Source: Macrostomum lignano
Lineage: Eukaryota
DNA length: 64,000 nucleotides
NCBI GenBank assembly: GCA_002269645.1
Contig: NIVC01000390.1
Coordinates: 372,001-436,000 of the forward strand
Direction of reading: 5' to 3'
Positions within the stretch are counted from its first letter, which is position 1. The number at the start of each line of letters is the position of its first letter. The position numbers and the translations under genes were made by a program. Below the pieces are notes generated by a model. The model was given only the letters and a program-made list of their open reading frames with translations, did not search any database and was not told the origin of the DNA. This document shows, piece after piece, positions 26,120 through 37,120 of the stretch.

Positions 26120-26896
26120 CGAGGGGTGTTCAAAAAGTCTTAGGACTTTTTCACATTATTTTAACAGTCAGCAAGAGTAACAGAGACTGATTTATTTCAT
26201 AGCGGCTTTACTTACTAATGACCTAGTGAAAGAATTTTGAAGATATCATGAACTTTTCAAGAGTTAAGCCTCCTTAACTGCAGTGGAGTACTTCATCTCA
26301 ATGAACAGGAACCGAACTGGACTACAGTTTTTAACTCTCACAGAAATTAACCAAATTCGACATTGTGAGAAACTTTGTGCGACATTGTCCATGTCATCAC
26401 TTTCTATATCTATGGTACAAGTTTCATTTGCTTCTGCTTGTGTGGCACTCTGAATCTGAGGGGCAGAGTTCATGCTAATAGTGTCAGCCTTGAGCAGGAA
26501 GTGCGACAGGTTCTTGTTGTCCACGAAATGCCAAGACAGGCGTACGCAGATGCCATTGAAGACATGCTTTCCCGGTGGTGGAAATGCAATCCAACTGAAG
26601 GGTGCCTATATTGAGGTCTCAGTTGCCACTAAGGAAGACATTTGAACTTTTTTGAAAGACAACTGACTTACTGTTTCCTGGGGCTCCATATGCAGCATCC
26701 AAGTTCCTGTTCATGTATTGAGATGCAGTACCCCACTTCAAGTAAAGAGGTATAACTTTTAAAAAGTTCTTGATATTTTCACAATTTTTCACTACGAATG
26801 GAAAAACTTATAGGGTAAATAAGTAAAGCCGCTATGAAATAAATCAGTTGCTGTTACTCTTGCTGACTGTTAAAAAGAGTCATGCGACACCCCTCG
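26120..26896 (+). mobile_element. Internally deleted mariner-like element with ~190-bp inverted repeats
   Basis: Termini (TA)CGAGGGGTGT / ACACCCCTCG. The arms align (26120-26312 vs 26703-26896). Residual transposase C-terminus AYADAIEDMLSRWWKCNPTEG at about 26540-26610. Confidence 0.7.
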
Positions 26897-27720
26897 TGTA
26901 ACTGAATGGCCTATTTAGTGGGTACTACAAGAAATACTGTATTTACTGTGAGCGATAGGAGTGTACAGATGAGCTGTAGTTTTAGCCACAACTCCTTGCA
27001 ATTTAAATGCCACTGTTCCCTGCCGTTGTTTCCTTTGATCCGATTGTCCGAAGAATGTTTTGGTTGCCGTATCGCTTCGTTTGAGTGACTGGAAGATTAC
27101 CAGCTTAAAAGGGCAAGTTGCTCTGTGCCTCGCCTAAACTGCATTCGCTCGTGATTTCAATTAAATAAGTCGTTGCGTGCATTTTGTATTGGTTGCCAAG
27201 ATTAAAATCTTATAAGATTATGCGAGTATATTTTCTGTATGGAAATGACAGAGTATTATCCTGCACTTATTTGCTTGTCTTGCTGTCTTGTTTCTTTTCA
27301 TTTTTTCTACAGGGACTGCTAGTTATTTTAATTGATTTTTATTTAGCTACTTGTAGTAGTAGTTTAGGCATTTTGATTGAAAATTCCTGCGTTAGATAAG
27401 ATACAATTTTTTATAACTATTATTGTAGCACATTTTAGTACAGCAAGCCCGCTCCCTGGTCCAGTCAACAGGTCTAAAAAATCTTGATAGATATATTTTC
27501 CTTCTACTAAACAGCAGTATTAGTAATATAAGCGTTTTTAGGTATTTTCAAACGAAAAAAGAAGCATAGGTTTTTTTTCAGATGCAGCAAATAAGGGTAA
27601 ACGAGCCTTAAACGCATGTTTACTACTGAAAATTAGTAGACAAGTAGGCTGTATTTTGTTCTACAGATTATATGAATGTGTTATTTAATTCTAACAGGCC
27701 AATTATTATTTGCATGCACA

Positions 27721-28110
27721 ATGAGTTCGTCAAGGTACAACTACGGCGGCGGAGGCGGTGACGGAGGCGGTGGCGGCGCTGATCAGCCGCAGCCGCAGCC
27801 GCAGCATCCAGACGATATCCGGCTGCAGCAAATGCAGCAGACAGTCGGCGAAGTGTCCGACGTGATGCGGGACAACATGAACAGGATTATCGAACGGGAT
27901 GGCAACATCAACAAGCTGGTGGACCGGACCGAGGCGCTGCAGGAGTCCGCTGTGCAGTACAGCCGGACTACAACTCGGGTGCAACGGAAAATGTGGTGGC
28001 AGAATACCAAAATGAAGATTATTCTGGCTGTTGTGGTTGCCGTTATTATCATCATTATTATTATGTCCATATTGGCTTCGGCTGGAGTGTTCCAGTTGAA
28101 GTCTGCCTGA
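27721..28110 (+). CDS. Synaptobrevin/VAMP-family R-SNARE, 129 aa, single coding exon
   Basis: SNARE helix IRLQQMQQTVGEVSDVMRDNMNRIIERDGNINKLVDRTEAL with zero-layer Arg, juxtamembrane RKMWWQN, C-terminal TM helix. The ATG at 27721 is preferred over the GTG at 27676. Confidence 0.9.
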   Translation: MSSSRYNYGGGGGDGGGGGADQPQPQPQHPDDIRLQQMQQTVGEVSDVMRDNMNRIIERDGNINKLVDRTEALQESAVQYSRTTTRVQRKMWWQNTKMKIILAVVVAVIIIIIIMSILASAGVFQLKSA

Positions 28111-29294
28111 TAATCTGCTGTCTTATCTCTGTATGCGTTGTCTAAGCCCCAGAAAATCTTGACAACTACTTCTGTGAGCCAGAATATTAAACTTTCACAG
28201 CTAAAGATTCATTGCAAACAACGCACTAGTAATTTTAGCGACTAAATCGCGCAACATAAGCGGGAGTTGCAGAATTGTAAAGTCGGTGTTTTAGCGCTTA
28301 TGTTTCGACTTACTCAAGTAGACTAGATAGAGTTGTTATAGATGCGAAATGCGATTCTAGTTTATAAAGTGACCCCAGAGTTGATTCAAAGTCGCAGAAA
28401 ATGAAACGCCTCAAATTGGCTCTTAGGCGACTTGTACTGACTGTGACATCTCATCATTTTAGAGTCGCCTAGAGCCAGATGTAAAAAAAATAAGCTAAAG
28501 TGATTGGGCTGACCAAGGTTTATCTAAATTCCGCAGGTCTATATTTATGTATGTTTCTTAATTATGCGCAGCAACAAAGAATTATTGTGCTTCAACCCAG
28601 AGAAGTTTCTATCATAATACTGAACAGCTTCTCTTTTATTTATTGTGCCATTATTATCGCAATTTAAAGCAACAATTCGGATCTATATAAGGCCCTAAAT
28701 GTATTACATTATTTGAAAAGCTAGTTTTTAGCAGGCTATGCACACTACTGTCAGTAGCAGACGTTATTACCAGCTGCTTATAAATCTTCCTGTAGATACG
28801 AGCTATTCTTCCCTGTAACAATCTGCTATCACACGGCTAAAATGACCAAACTTATGCAGTTTTTTATCATTCACTAACACCTGCCAACACTCTACTAAGC
28901 ACTGGTCTAGGTAGAAGTGCCTTTTAATTTGTTGCCGTCTTCCAATCTGCTTCTTTCATAAATTTCTTAACAACCAGTTAAACTCTGGGTTATTTTTCCT
29001 AATTTTATTCAGTCTTTTATGTTTATTAAAGTAATCCCCATTTTGACCATTTTAATTGTTTTTATTGTATTAATTATGATTAGTAATCATTATCGGACAA
29101 TTCTATTTTTCTCGCGCTTCCTGTCTGTAAGCCCTTGGCTGTTGCTATTATTTATCCAATATATATATTCCGCTTTTGTAAATATACTATTATAATGACA
29201 CCGTTTTTACTTTCACTCCTGTCAGGGTCAATATTTTTATTGTATTGTTGTGTATAGTAATGTACTCGGCCACTGTTAGCATGTTATATGAAAA

Positions 29295-29445
29295 CTGAGA
29301 ATTATTGTGCTCGCACTTGTGTTAATCCATAATGACAGTGCGTGCTATCCGTTCTCAGAGAGTAATCAACTCATGTAGGGTGTAGATACTCCTAGGCTGA
29401 GCATTGACATATTCAGTGTACTGGGCGTTTGATGCACCTACAATA
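29295..29445 (+). ncRNA. Box H/ACA guide RNA, copy A (predicted U2-U34 guide)
   Basis: Hairpin CTGAGAA/TTCTCAG; H box AGAGTA (29359-29364); hairpin GGTGTA/TGCACC with upper stems CCTAG/CTGGG and CTGA/TCAG; ACA (29440-29442) three nt from the predicted end. Confidence 0.8.
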
Positions 29446-29543
29446 CACTTTTTTACCATTAAGTACAGTACCGGTAGATGTTAAGTCACTGTCTAGAAAC
29501 CGTTAAACAAAATTACTAATTGAAATTGAATAAACGAAACAAA

Positions 29544-30312
29544 AGTAGACAATACTCAGGTAGTGAACTTCCAGGTAAACAATATTCAGGTAGTGAAAAG
29601 CCAAGTAGACAATATTCAGGTAGTGAACTTCCAGGTAGACAATATTCAGGTAGTGAAAAGCCAAGTAGACAATATTCAGGTAGTGAACTTCCAGGTAGAC
29701 AATATTCAGGTAGTGAAAAGCCAAGTAGACAATATTCAGGTAGTGAACTTCCAGGTAGACAATATTCAGGTAGTGAAAAGCCAAGTAGACAATATTCAGG
29801 TAGTGAACTTCCAGGTAAACAATATTCAGGTAGTGAAAAGCCAAGTAGACAATATTCAGGTAGTGAACTTCCAGGTAAACAATATTCAGGTAGTGAAAAG
29901 CCAAGTAGACAATATTCAGGTAGTGAACTTCCAGGTAGACAATATTCAGGTAGTGAAAAGCCAAGTAGACAATATTCAGGTAGTGAACTTCCAGGTAGAC
30001 AATATTCAGGTAGTGAAAAGCCAAGTAGACAATATTCAGGTAGTGAAAAGCCAAGTAGACAATATTCAGGTAGTGAAACGCCAGGTAGACAATATTCAGG
30101 TAGTGAAACGCCAGGTAGACAATATTCAGGTAGTGAAACACCACGTAGACAATATTCAGGTAGTGAAACGCCAGGTAGACAATATTCAGGTAGTGAAAAA
30201 CTACGTAGACAATATTCAGGTAGTGAAACGCCAGGTAGACAATATTCAGGTAGTGAAACGCCAGGCAGACAGTATTCAGGTAGTGAAGTTCCAGGTAGAC
30301 AATCTTCAGGTA
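29544..30312. repeat. 30-bp minisatellite with 60-bp higher-order (A/B) periodicity
   Basis: AATATTCAGGTAGTGAACTTCCAGGTAGAC alternates with AATATTCAGGTAGTGAAAAGCCAAGTAGAC. Confidence 0.95.
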
Positions 30313-30362
30313 GTTTACATAGTGTAGACAGTACTAATACAGCACGCACTGTATTACGACAA

Positions 30363-30513
30363 CTGAGAACTATTGTGCTCGCACTTGTGTTAATCCATAA
30401 TGACAGTGCGTGCTATCCGTTCTCAGAGAGCAATCAACTCATGTAGGGTGTAGATACTCCTAGACTGAGCATTGCAATATTCAGTGTACTGGGCGTTTGA
30501 TGCACCTACAATC
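30363..30513 (+). ncRNA. Box H/ACA guide RNA, copy B
   Basis: Near-identical to copy A; H box AGAGCA 30427-30432; ACA 30508-30510. Confidence 0.8.
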
Positions 30514-30756
30514 ACAATATACAATATACAATGTACTAAATCTCTAAGATCTTTAACACTGTGTATCATCAAGTATGGTAGATGGCAGATGCTAAGTCAC
30601 TGTCTGAGGCAAAATTGCTAATTAAAATTGAATAAACACAAGGCCAGGTAGACAATATTCAGGCAGTTCAAAGTAGTGTACTGAGACAGTCGTTAGCCAT
30701 GCATTTCTCCCCATCACCCGCAGCAACCGGGCTGACTGCATTCATCCTGCTTCATC

Positions 30757-33700
30757 ATGGCTTCATCGCAGTCGCAGCGGTCCCAGCCTAATCAACAGCA
30801 GTCGGAGCCGCAGCCGTCCACTAATCAGCGCTTCGCCGATCTGCACGTATTCTGCAACTCTCTCGGCTTCCCGGACGAATCCGGTGTGTACATTCGCGAG
30901 CCAGACTGCGCTGAGACTCTGCGCGACATTCTCCGCTGCCTCCGTCGCGAAGATGACACCTGCGATATGCGGCGCGAGCTGGCCAGGCTGCGTTTGCTGC
31001 AGCGCGACCTGCTGCCCCTAGTGAAGCGCTACGCTGACGAAACCGACGTTTTAGACCGGACACTCCGACTGATGGTGTGCCTGACCAAGCCGGCCCTGCT
31101 GTGCTTCCAGAACCAGCTGCCTGACCCGGCACGCAGGCCGCACTACATCGCCTTGCTCAGCCACCTGGCCGACTACAAGCTGGCTTTTTGCGACGTCGAG
31201 CTGCTGCGTCAGTTCACTAAATTAATCGATAATTTTGTTGATCGTCGCGACGCTGGCTCGGATTATATCGGCGACGAGGAGCGCGAAGGACTCGAAAGGG
31301 TGCTAGTTGTACTGCGCAATGTCCTACACGCCGGCGGAGTCGATGCCGCTGTTAATTGCGGTCAGGACGCCCGCGACGATCCGCGCATCTGTCACGAGCG
31401 CCTGATTCGCTGCCTGCTGGACGCCGGCCTGCCGCGGGCCCTGGTTGGCTTGGCGGCCAACTCCGCCGGTTGCAAGCACTACAGCATGCACCTGTTGGAG
31501 ATTTTGCACCTGCTGCTGCGGCACAGGAATCCAGCCGCTCTGGCCGGCGGCAGCGCCGCGGTTGCGTCCGCATCGGCCGCGCTGGAGCGAGCGGCCAAAG
31601 CCGAGGCTCGATCCGAGACTCGGTGTGACAATTTTCGATACCTGTCCACAAGGCATGGAAGGTGAGTGATTAGATGACGAGGCGCCTGACAATCTTAATA
31701 GAGTCATAGTAGCTCTTGCTGTTTACCGTATAACAGACCATATAATGCGTGTAAAAATTGCTGACATGACTTGCCCCCCAACCAGCGGTATTGTGAAATC
31801 GGCCAGTTATATTAGAATACGAGGCGCAAAAAGGTAAAGAGCCCGCCGGAGCGATGGCTAGCATTGGTGAGTCAAGAAGGGGGTTAAGGGGAAACTGGAC
31901 GATCGATAAAGCAGTGTACAGTGTACAGAGCGAAGGGAGCGAGGCAGGGGCAGGTAAATTGTACATTACTTTGCTAATTGAATATATGAGCGTAGCAGAT
32001 CAGCTTAGACAAGTTCAAGTTCCAATACAAGCGCTGAGGCAATTCTGCACCATTCCGCTGAGCACATGCCAATGCTGTACTCAGGCACGCACTCATACAC
32101 AAGCTCACACGGGGTGTACAGCGGCCCTGACTTTCTGCTCTAGCCAGGCATGTACACTCTCTGTGCCTTAGGGATTGGCCCTCACGGGTCTGAATCGTAC
32201 GACAGGCCCCAAATGAATTGTGCTGGCGCACGGAATCGAACCAGGGGTCGTGATGCAAGAGTCGGGCGCTTATTACGCATGTAAACGCCAACATATACGC
32301 AAAGCATTCAGTCCGGCATATATGGCCTGAGAATTTTGTGCTCGCATTTGAGTCAAAAATAATATTTTTTAAATGACAATGCGTGCTATCCGTTCTCAGA
32401 GAGTAAATTTAAGGTGTAGATACTCCTAGGCTGATTGAATTGATTAGATTCAGTTTATTAGGCGTTTGATACACCGACATTAATAGATTTGTATTCTGAG
32501 AATTTTTGTGCTCGCATTTAGGCTAATGTAATTTAATGGCAGTGCGTGCTATCCGTTCTCAGAGAGCAATTGACTTATTGGTGCAGATACTCCTAGACTG
32601 ATATTCTTTTATTCAGTTACACTGGGCGTTTGATGCACCTACAATGACTCTATTACAATTTATTTACTAGAAAGCTTCAAGTCGCGTTGAATTTTGCTGG
32701 CCGATGGACAAAATTATCGATAGAAAGACCAGCTAAATCTGAGCGTTAAGCCTCCAGTAGTCATAAGCAGCCAGGTAGCTAATTAGAGCATTAGGTAGTT
32801 TATAGACAGGTGAGCCAATATCCAGGTAGCTAATAGCCATGTAGCTAGTAGCCAGGTAGTTAATAGCCAGGCAGTTAGTAGACTGATTGTCAAGTAGCCA
32901 GGTAGCCAATAGCCGGGTTGTCAAGTAGCCAGGTTGTCAAGTAGCCAGGTAGCCAATAGCCAGGTTGTCAAGTAGCCAGGTAGCCAATAGTCTGGTTGTC
33001 AAGTAGCCAGGTAGCCAATAGTCTGGTTGTCAAGTAGCCAGGTAGCCAATAGTCTGGTTGTCAAGTAGCCAGGTAGCCAATAGCCGGGTTGCCAAGTAGC
33101 CAGGTTGTCAAGTAGCCAGGTAGCCAATAGCCAGGTTGTCAAGTAGCCAGGTAGCCAATAGTCTGGTTGTCAAGTAGCCAGGTAGCCAATAGTCTGGTTG
33201 TCAAGTAGCCAGGTAGCCAATAGTCTGGTTGTCAAGTAGCCAGGTAGCCAATAGTCTGGTTGTCAAGTAGCCAGGTAGCCAATAGTCTGGTTGTCAAGTA
33301 GCCAGGTAGCCAATAGCCGGGTTGCCAAGTAGCCAGGTTGTCAAGTAGCCAGGTAGCCAATAGCCAGGTTGTCAAGTAGCCAGGTAGCCAATAGTCTGGT
33401 TGTCAAGTAGCCAGGTAGCCAATAGTCTGGTTGTCAAGTAGCCAGGTAGCCAATAGTCTGGTTGTCAAGTAGCCAGGTAGCCAATAGTCTGGTTGTCAAG
33501 TAACTTGATTGTCAAGTAGCCAACTTTTCAAATAGCCTCAATGCCCACTGCCTCTGCAGATTCGGCGGCACCTACCAGCTAACTGGGGTCACGGGCGTGG
33601 CCGGCCGGCCCGTGGTGTTCCACCGGGACCTCAACCAGCTGCGGGACTGGTCCTGCGATCAGGACAAAACCCGCCGAAAAGTGCCAAAAAATCGCCGCCT

Positions 33701-36700
33701 AGTAGTGGACGATCCTCGCTCGACCGGCGCTGGCGGCTGCGATTTTGAAGGCGGCGCCGCGCCTATCACAACCTCGCGCGTCACCGAGGGTCTGCGCGAC
33801 CTATGCGAAGCCCTCCTAGCCCGAGCGTTCAACCCGCTGATGCGGCGCGCTCGACAACACCTGGATAGTCCGTCTAGTCAGGTTGGAGACGAGACCTTCT
33901 ACCTCTGGTCCGTGAAGTTCTTCTTTGCCTACGCCCGACACCGGCCTGGCGGATCCCGGCGCCCCGCGCTGCACCATCTGACTGCCGCGTTCAGCTTGGA
34001 CTCGTTCGGCTTCGTTCATCGCCAGATAATGACCTGCGCGGAGAGCGCCAATCTTGAGCGCGGCGCCAATCAAGCTATTTGGTCGCGCCGGCTATTGCTA
34101 GCCTTGAGCGCCTATAATCAAATGTTTCTAGTGCTGTCAGCTGCCATCGCCCTGCCGTCTAATTCAGCTAATAAAAATGGCCCGGCCGATTACGAGACTG
34201 ATCCCGATTGGCTAGCCCAGGTGGAAGAGTCCCGCGCCCTGGCCCGCGAGGTTCTGTACCTGCCAGAGTATCGCGATGCCTATCCCGAACTATTGCGCAG
34301 CATCCAAGACCGCTGGGCGGGCCTGGATCTCTATAGGGAAGTCCTAGAAGGCGGATTCGCTATGATGCGCCTAATGGACCGCTGGGCCCGAGACGGCAAT
34401 CTGGTGCAGCAGCGCAGGAAGAGCCGCGCCAAGGCTAGGCGCCGTCGCCGACAGCAAGGTAATAAATCGGCGGCTAGCAAACGGAAAGCGGCTAAACAGC
34501 AACAGGCGACAGTGCTGACGGAGGAGCAGCGCGACGACTTGTGGAACAGCTTCGGCGACGCGCTCAGCCAGCTGGTTTCCGCGCCTCCCGAAGGCGTCGA
34601 GGCCGAGGTTAACGAAGCCGGCCTGCCGCGCCTGTTCGACCCACTGGCTCCAGAGGCCGAGCAGGCGGCTTCAGCAGCCGGCGCTGTACAGCGTCTGCTT
34701 ATCGACGGCCGCCTAGCAGAGTCGGTGGTGTGCGCTCGGCGCTGCCGGCTGTTGTTCCCCATGTGCGGCCACTTCGACATTGCCGACGATCTGCTGTTGC
34801 TGCGAGCGATCCTAATGGACGCCAGTCTCGTTGACAGTGCAAAGCCGGATGCGGCCGAGCCTGATGCTGACGTCGCCGTTGGCAACGAGGAGGCGGACGA
34901 TGAGGCGCCGCCTGTGAACGAGGAGCTCCTCGAGGCGCAGGGTCTAGTCGACGACGAGGAAGACTTAGAATTCGAGGAAGGCCGTTTCGACAGCGGCGAA
35001 TACTTGCTGCGGTTCTGTCATCCCGCCACTGTGCTCGCGTTGACCCGGGTGTTGGCCAACTATCGGCTAAACGCGCCAGCCGTCAATTGTAGCGCTGTCC
35101 GGCTAGCGCATAAAATGATCACAGAAACCAGCGCCGGGCCCATGTTCTACCAGCTGAGAACGTTCCGCGTACTGCAGACTGTGCTGAAGGATCCCGACTG
35201 TCCGGACAAGGAGCTGCCGCGCCTCTGTCGCCATATTGTCGGCCAGTTTGTCGCCGCGGTGAAACGCAATCCGGCCGTATTCTGCGAGCCCCTGTTCCTC
35301 AAGTCGCTGCCTGAGGCGCGGGATATCTCCGACAACTACGCCGCCGCCATCGATCCGAAAGGCGCAGCGGCTGCCCGACGTCTGGGCGAAAAAGCTCGCT
35401 GGACGGAGAATCTGGACGCTGAGCTGCGCTGCCTGTACGATCTGGCCGTTCAACGCGAGGACGTAAACGACATTGTAGAATTTGTGCAGTCGGAACTGAG
35501 CGACCGGGGCCGCAGCCGGCGCCGGGTGATGCGGCGCATGGTGCAGCTGGGCCTCGGCTCCAAGGCGGCCGATTTCCGCAAGAAGCCGGCGACCAAAGCG
35601 AAGCGGGCCAAGCGACCGGGCGACAATCCGTCAAGTTCGAAGGCACGCCAGCGTCGCAGCAAAGCGACTAGCGGACAGAAAGGCGCGACCTCGGATGATA
35701 GCGACAGCGATGAAGCGGATCGTCGGGCAGGTCGCGATGGCGAGGAATTCGTTCCACCCTCGGGCTCTGCTGCCGCTAAATCAGCCTCGGCGCCGGCACC
35801 GCCGGCTCCGCGAATGGACGAAGCCAAACTGGCCGAGCGGCTGTTGAATGCCCGCCGACTGCAGTCCGATCGGCCCGGCGTGGCCGCCTGCCTGGCCTGG
35901 CTAGCTGACCAGCTGGCCGACTGTCTGCGCGACCGTCTGGCTGGTGACGCCGACGAGCAGGTTTTGCTCTGTCTGGACCCGGCTGCCGACGCCGCTCTGG
36001 ACGAGGAGCCAATCTGCGCCGGTCTGCTGCTTAGCGCCGGCCTGCAGCCGCCGGCCCTGGATGCCGCCAGCCGATTCTGGCGCTGCCCGGCCGACGCCAG
36101 CGCTGAGAAGCTGCGCCGAGTCCTGGACTTGTTGGCCGCCCCGAATGCCGATCTCGAGGCCCTGGTGCTGGCCAACTTTGGCCGGCCAGAGTTTTCCGAT
36201 AGCGACAATGGCGACGCTGATGAAAACGGCGGCGACGGCGACAGCGACATCGATGGCATTGGCGACGAGGACATCCGGAATGTGCTGCGACAATTTGCCG
36301 ACGACAACAACGACGTTTCTGACGAGTTCACCGACGCGCACAAGGCCGGGCCGTGCACCAGCCTGGCAGACTTTCGGCGCCAACGCCAGCAACAGCAGCT
36401 CAGATTGCCACCGTCGCGTCGTGAAGATCCGCTAGCCTTTGACGGCATTCTCAACTCGCCGCCAGCGTTGAAGTCCACGACGACGGCGGCCGATCGCAGC
36501 GAGTTTGACGCCTACATCCTGCCGGCTGGACGCACCGGCGGCGCGCCAGTCGCTGAGGACAGCAACAGCTGTCAGTCCGTTTCCTCTTCCGCCGCATCGG
36601 CGGCGGCCGGCAAAGAAAACGTCGATGTCGACGCCGACACGCAGGAGAAGCGCAACAGCAAACGGCCCCGTCTGTCTTCGTCTTCCTCTTCGTCATCATC

Positions 36701-36839
36701 CGATGATGATGAGACCGACCCAGTTGTCGGCGTCGGCAAGTCGGCACGATCGGCCGCTGCCTTATCGACTGTATCGCCGTCATCTGCCGCCGTCAAACAG
36801 AAACGTCAGAAGCTGATCATGAGTAGCGACTCTGAATAA
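30757..36839 (+). CDS. TIMELESS: Protein timeless homolog (Tof1/Swi1/Timeout-type fork-protection protein), ~1394 aa
   Basis: Exons 30757-31661 and 33560-36839; the phase-2 intron (AG|GTGAGT..CTGCAG|A) joins RHG-R-FGGTY. N-terminal GVYIREPDCAETLRDILRCLRRED, central ETFYLWSVKFF and EPLFLKS, Myb-like WTENLDAELR, and C-terminal LQPP..FWRCP (PARP-binding-like). Confidence 0.92.
31997..32290 (-). mobile_element. tRNA-derived SINE related to family B, in TIMELESS intron 1
   Basis: The reverse complement has B box GGTTCGATTCC and shares blocks ATTTGGGG, GAGGGCCAA.CCC, GTGTACATGCCT and AGGGCCGCTGTAC with the 873 and 42401 copies. Confidence 0.65.
32327..32482 (+). ncRNA. Box H/ACA guide RNA, copy C (TIMELESS intron 1)
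   Basis: Same pockets as A/B; H box AGAGTA 32400-32405; ACA 32477-32479. Compensatory changes CGCAT/ATGCG, GGTGTA/TACACC, CCTAG/TTAGG. Confidence 0.8.
32496..32646 (+). ncRNA. Box H/ACA guide RNA, copy D (TIMELESS intron 1)
   Basis: H box AGAGCA 32563-32568; ACA 32641-32643; stem variant GGTGCA/TGCACC; starts 13 nt after copy C. Confidence 0.8.
32860..33522. repeat. 31-bp (16-bp subunit) minisatellite in TIMELESS intron 1
   Basis: Unit GTCAAGTAGCCAGGTAGCCAATAGTCTGGTT. Confidence 0.95.
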
Positions 36840-37120
36840 TAGCTACAATTCAGTAGTAGTAGCTGAATAATAGCTGTAATGGTACATTAATTCTTATTAT
36901 TTAGTGTCAATTTACCTGCCTGTTCGGCTGTAAAATTTTTCATCACTATTTATTTATTGTGACCTGACTTAGTTAATGTTTTATAATACGAATATTGTTC
37001 CCGTTCTGTTCAATTTGCAACAAGGCATTTTTTATCGTTGTTTACTAATGACATGGCATTTTATGTTACAACAGGCTGCATTTTTTCAATTCAATTCAAT
37101 TTCATATTAATTTAATTTTC

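Noticed and set aside
28250-28480. Hairpins AACATAAGCG/CGCTTATGTT and GGCTCTTAGGCGACT/AGTCGCCTAGAGCC after VAMP
   Set aside because: No H/ACA boxes at the right spacing and the loops are too large for a miRNA; repeated GCGACT motifs suggest TE subterminal repeats.
29306-29313. GTGCTCGC matching the 5' end of U6 snRNA
   Set aside because: Only 8 nt match; the rest of U6 (ACAGAGA box, 3' U tract) is absent, and the motif is explained by the H/ACA hairpin.
33816-36816. Many antisense or alternative-frame ORFs over TIMELESS, EFL1 and TMF1 exons
   Set aside because: These are expected shadows of GC-rich coding sequence, with no recognisable domains.
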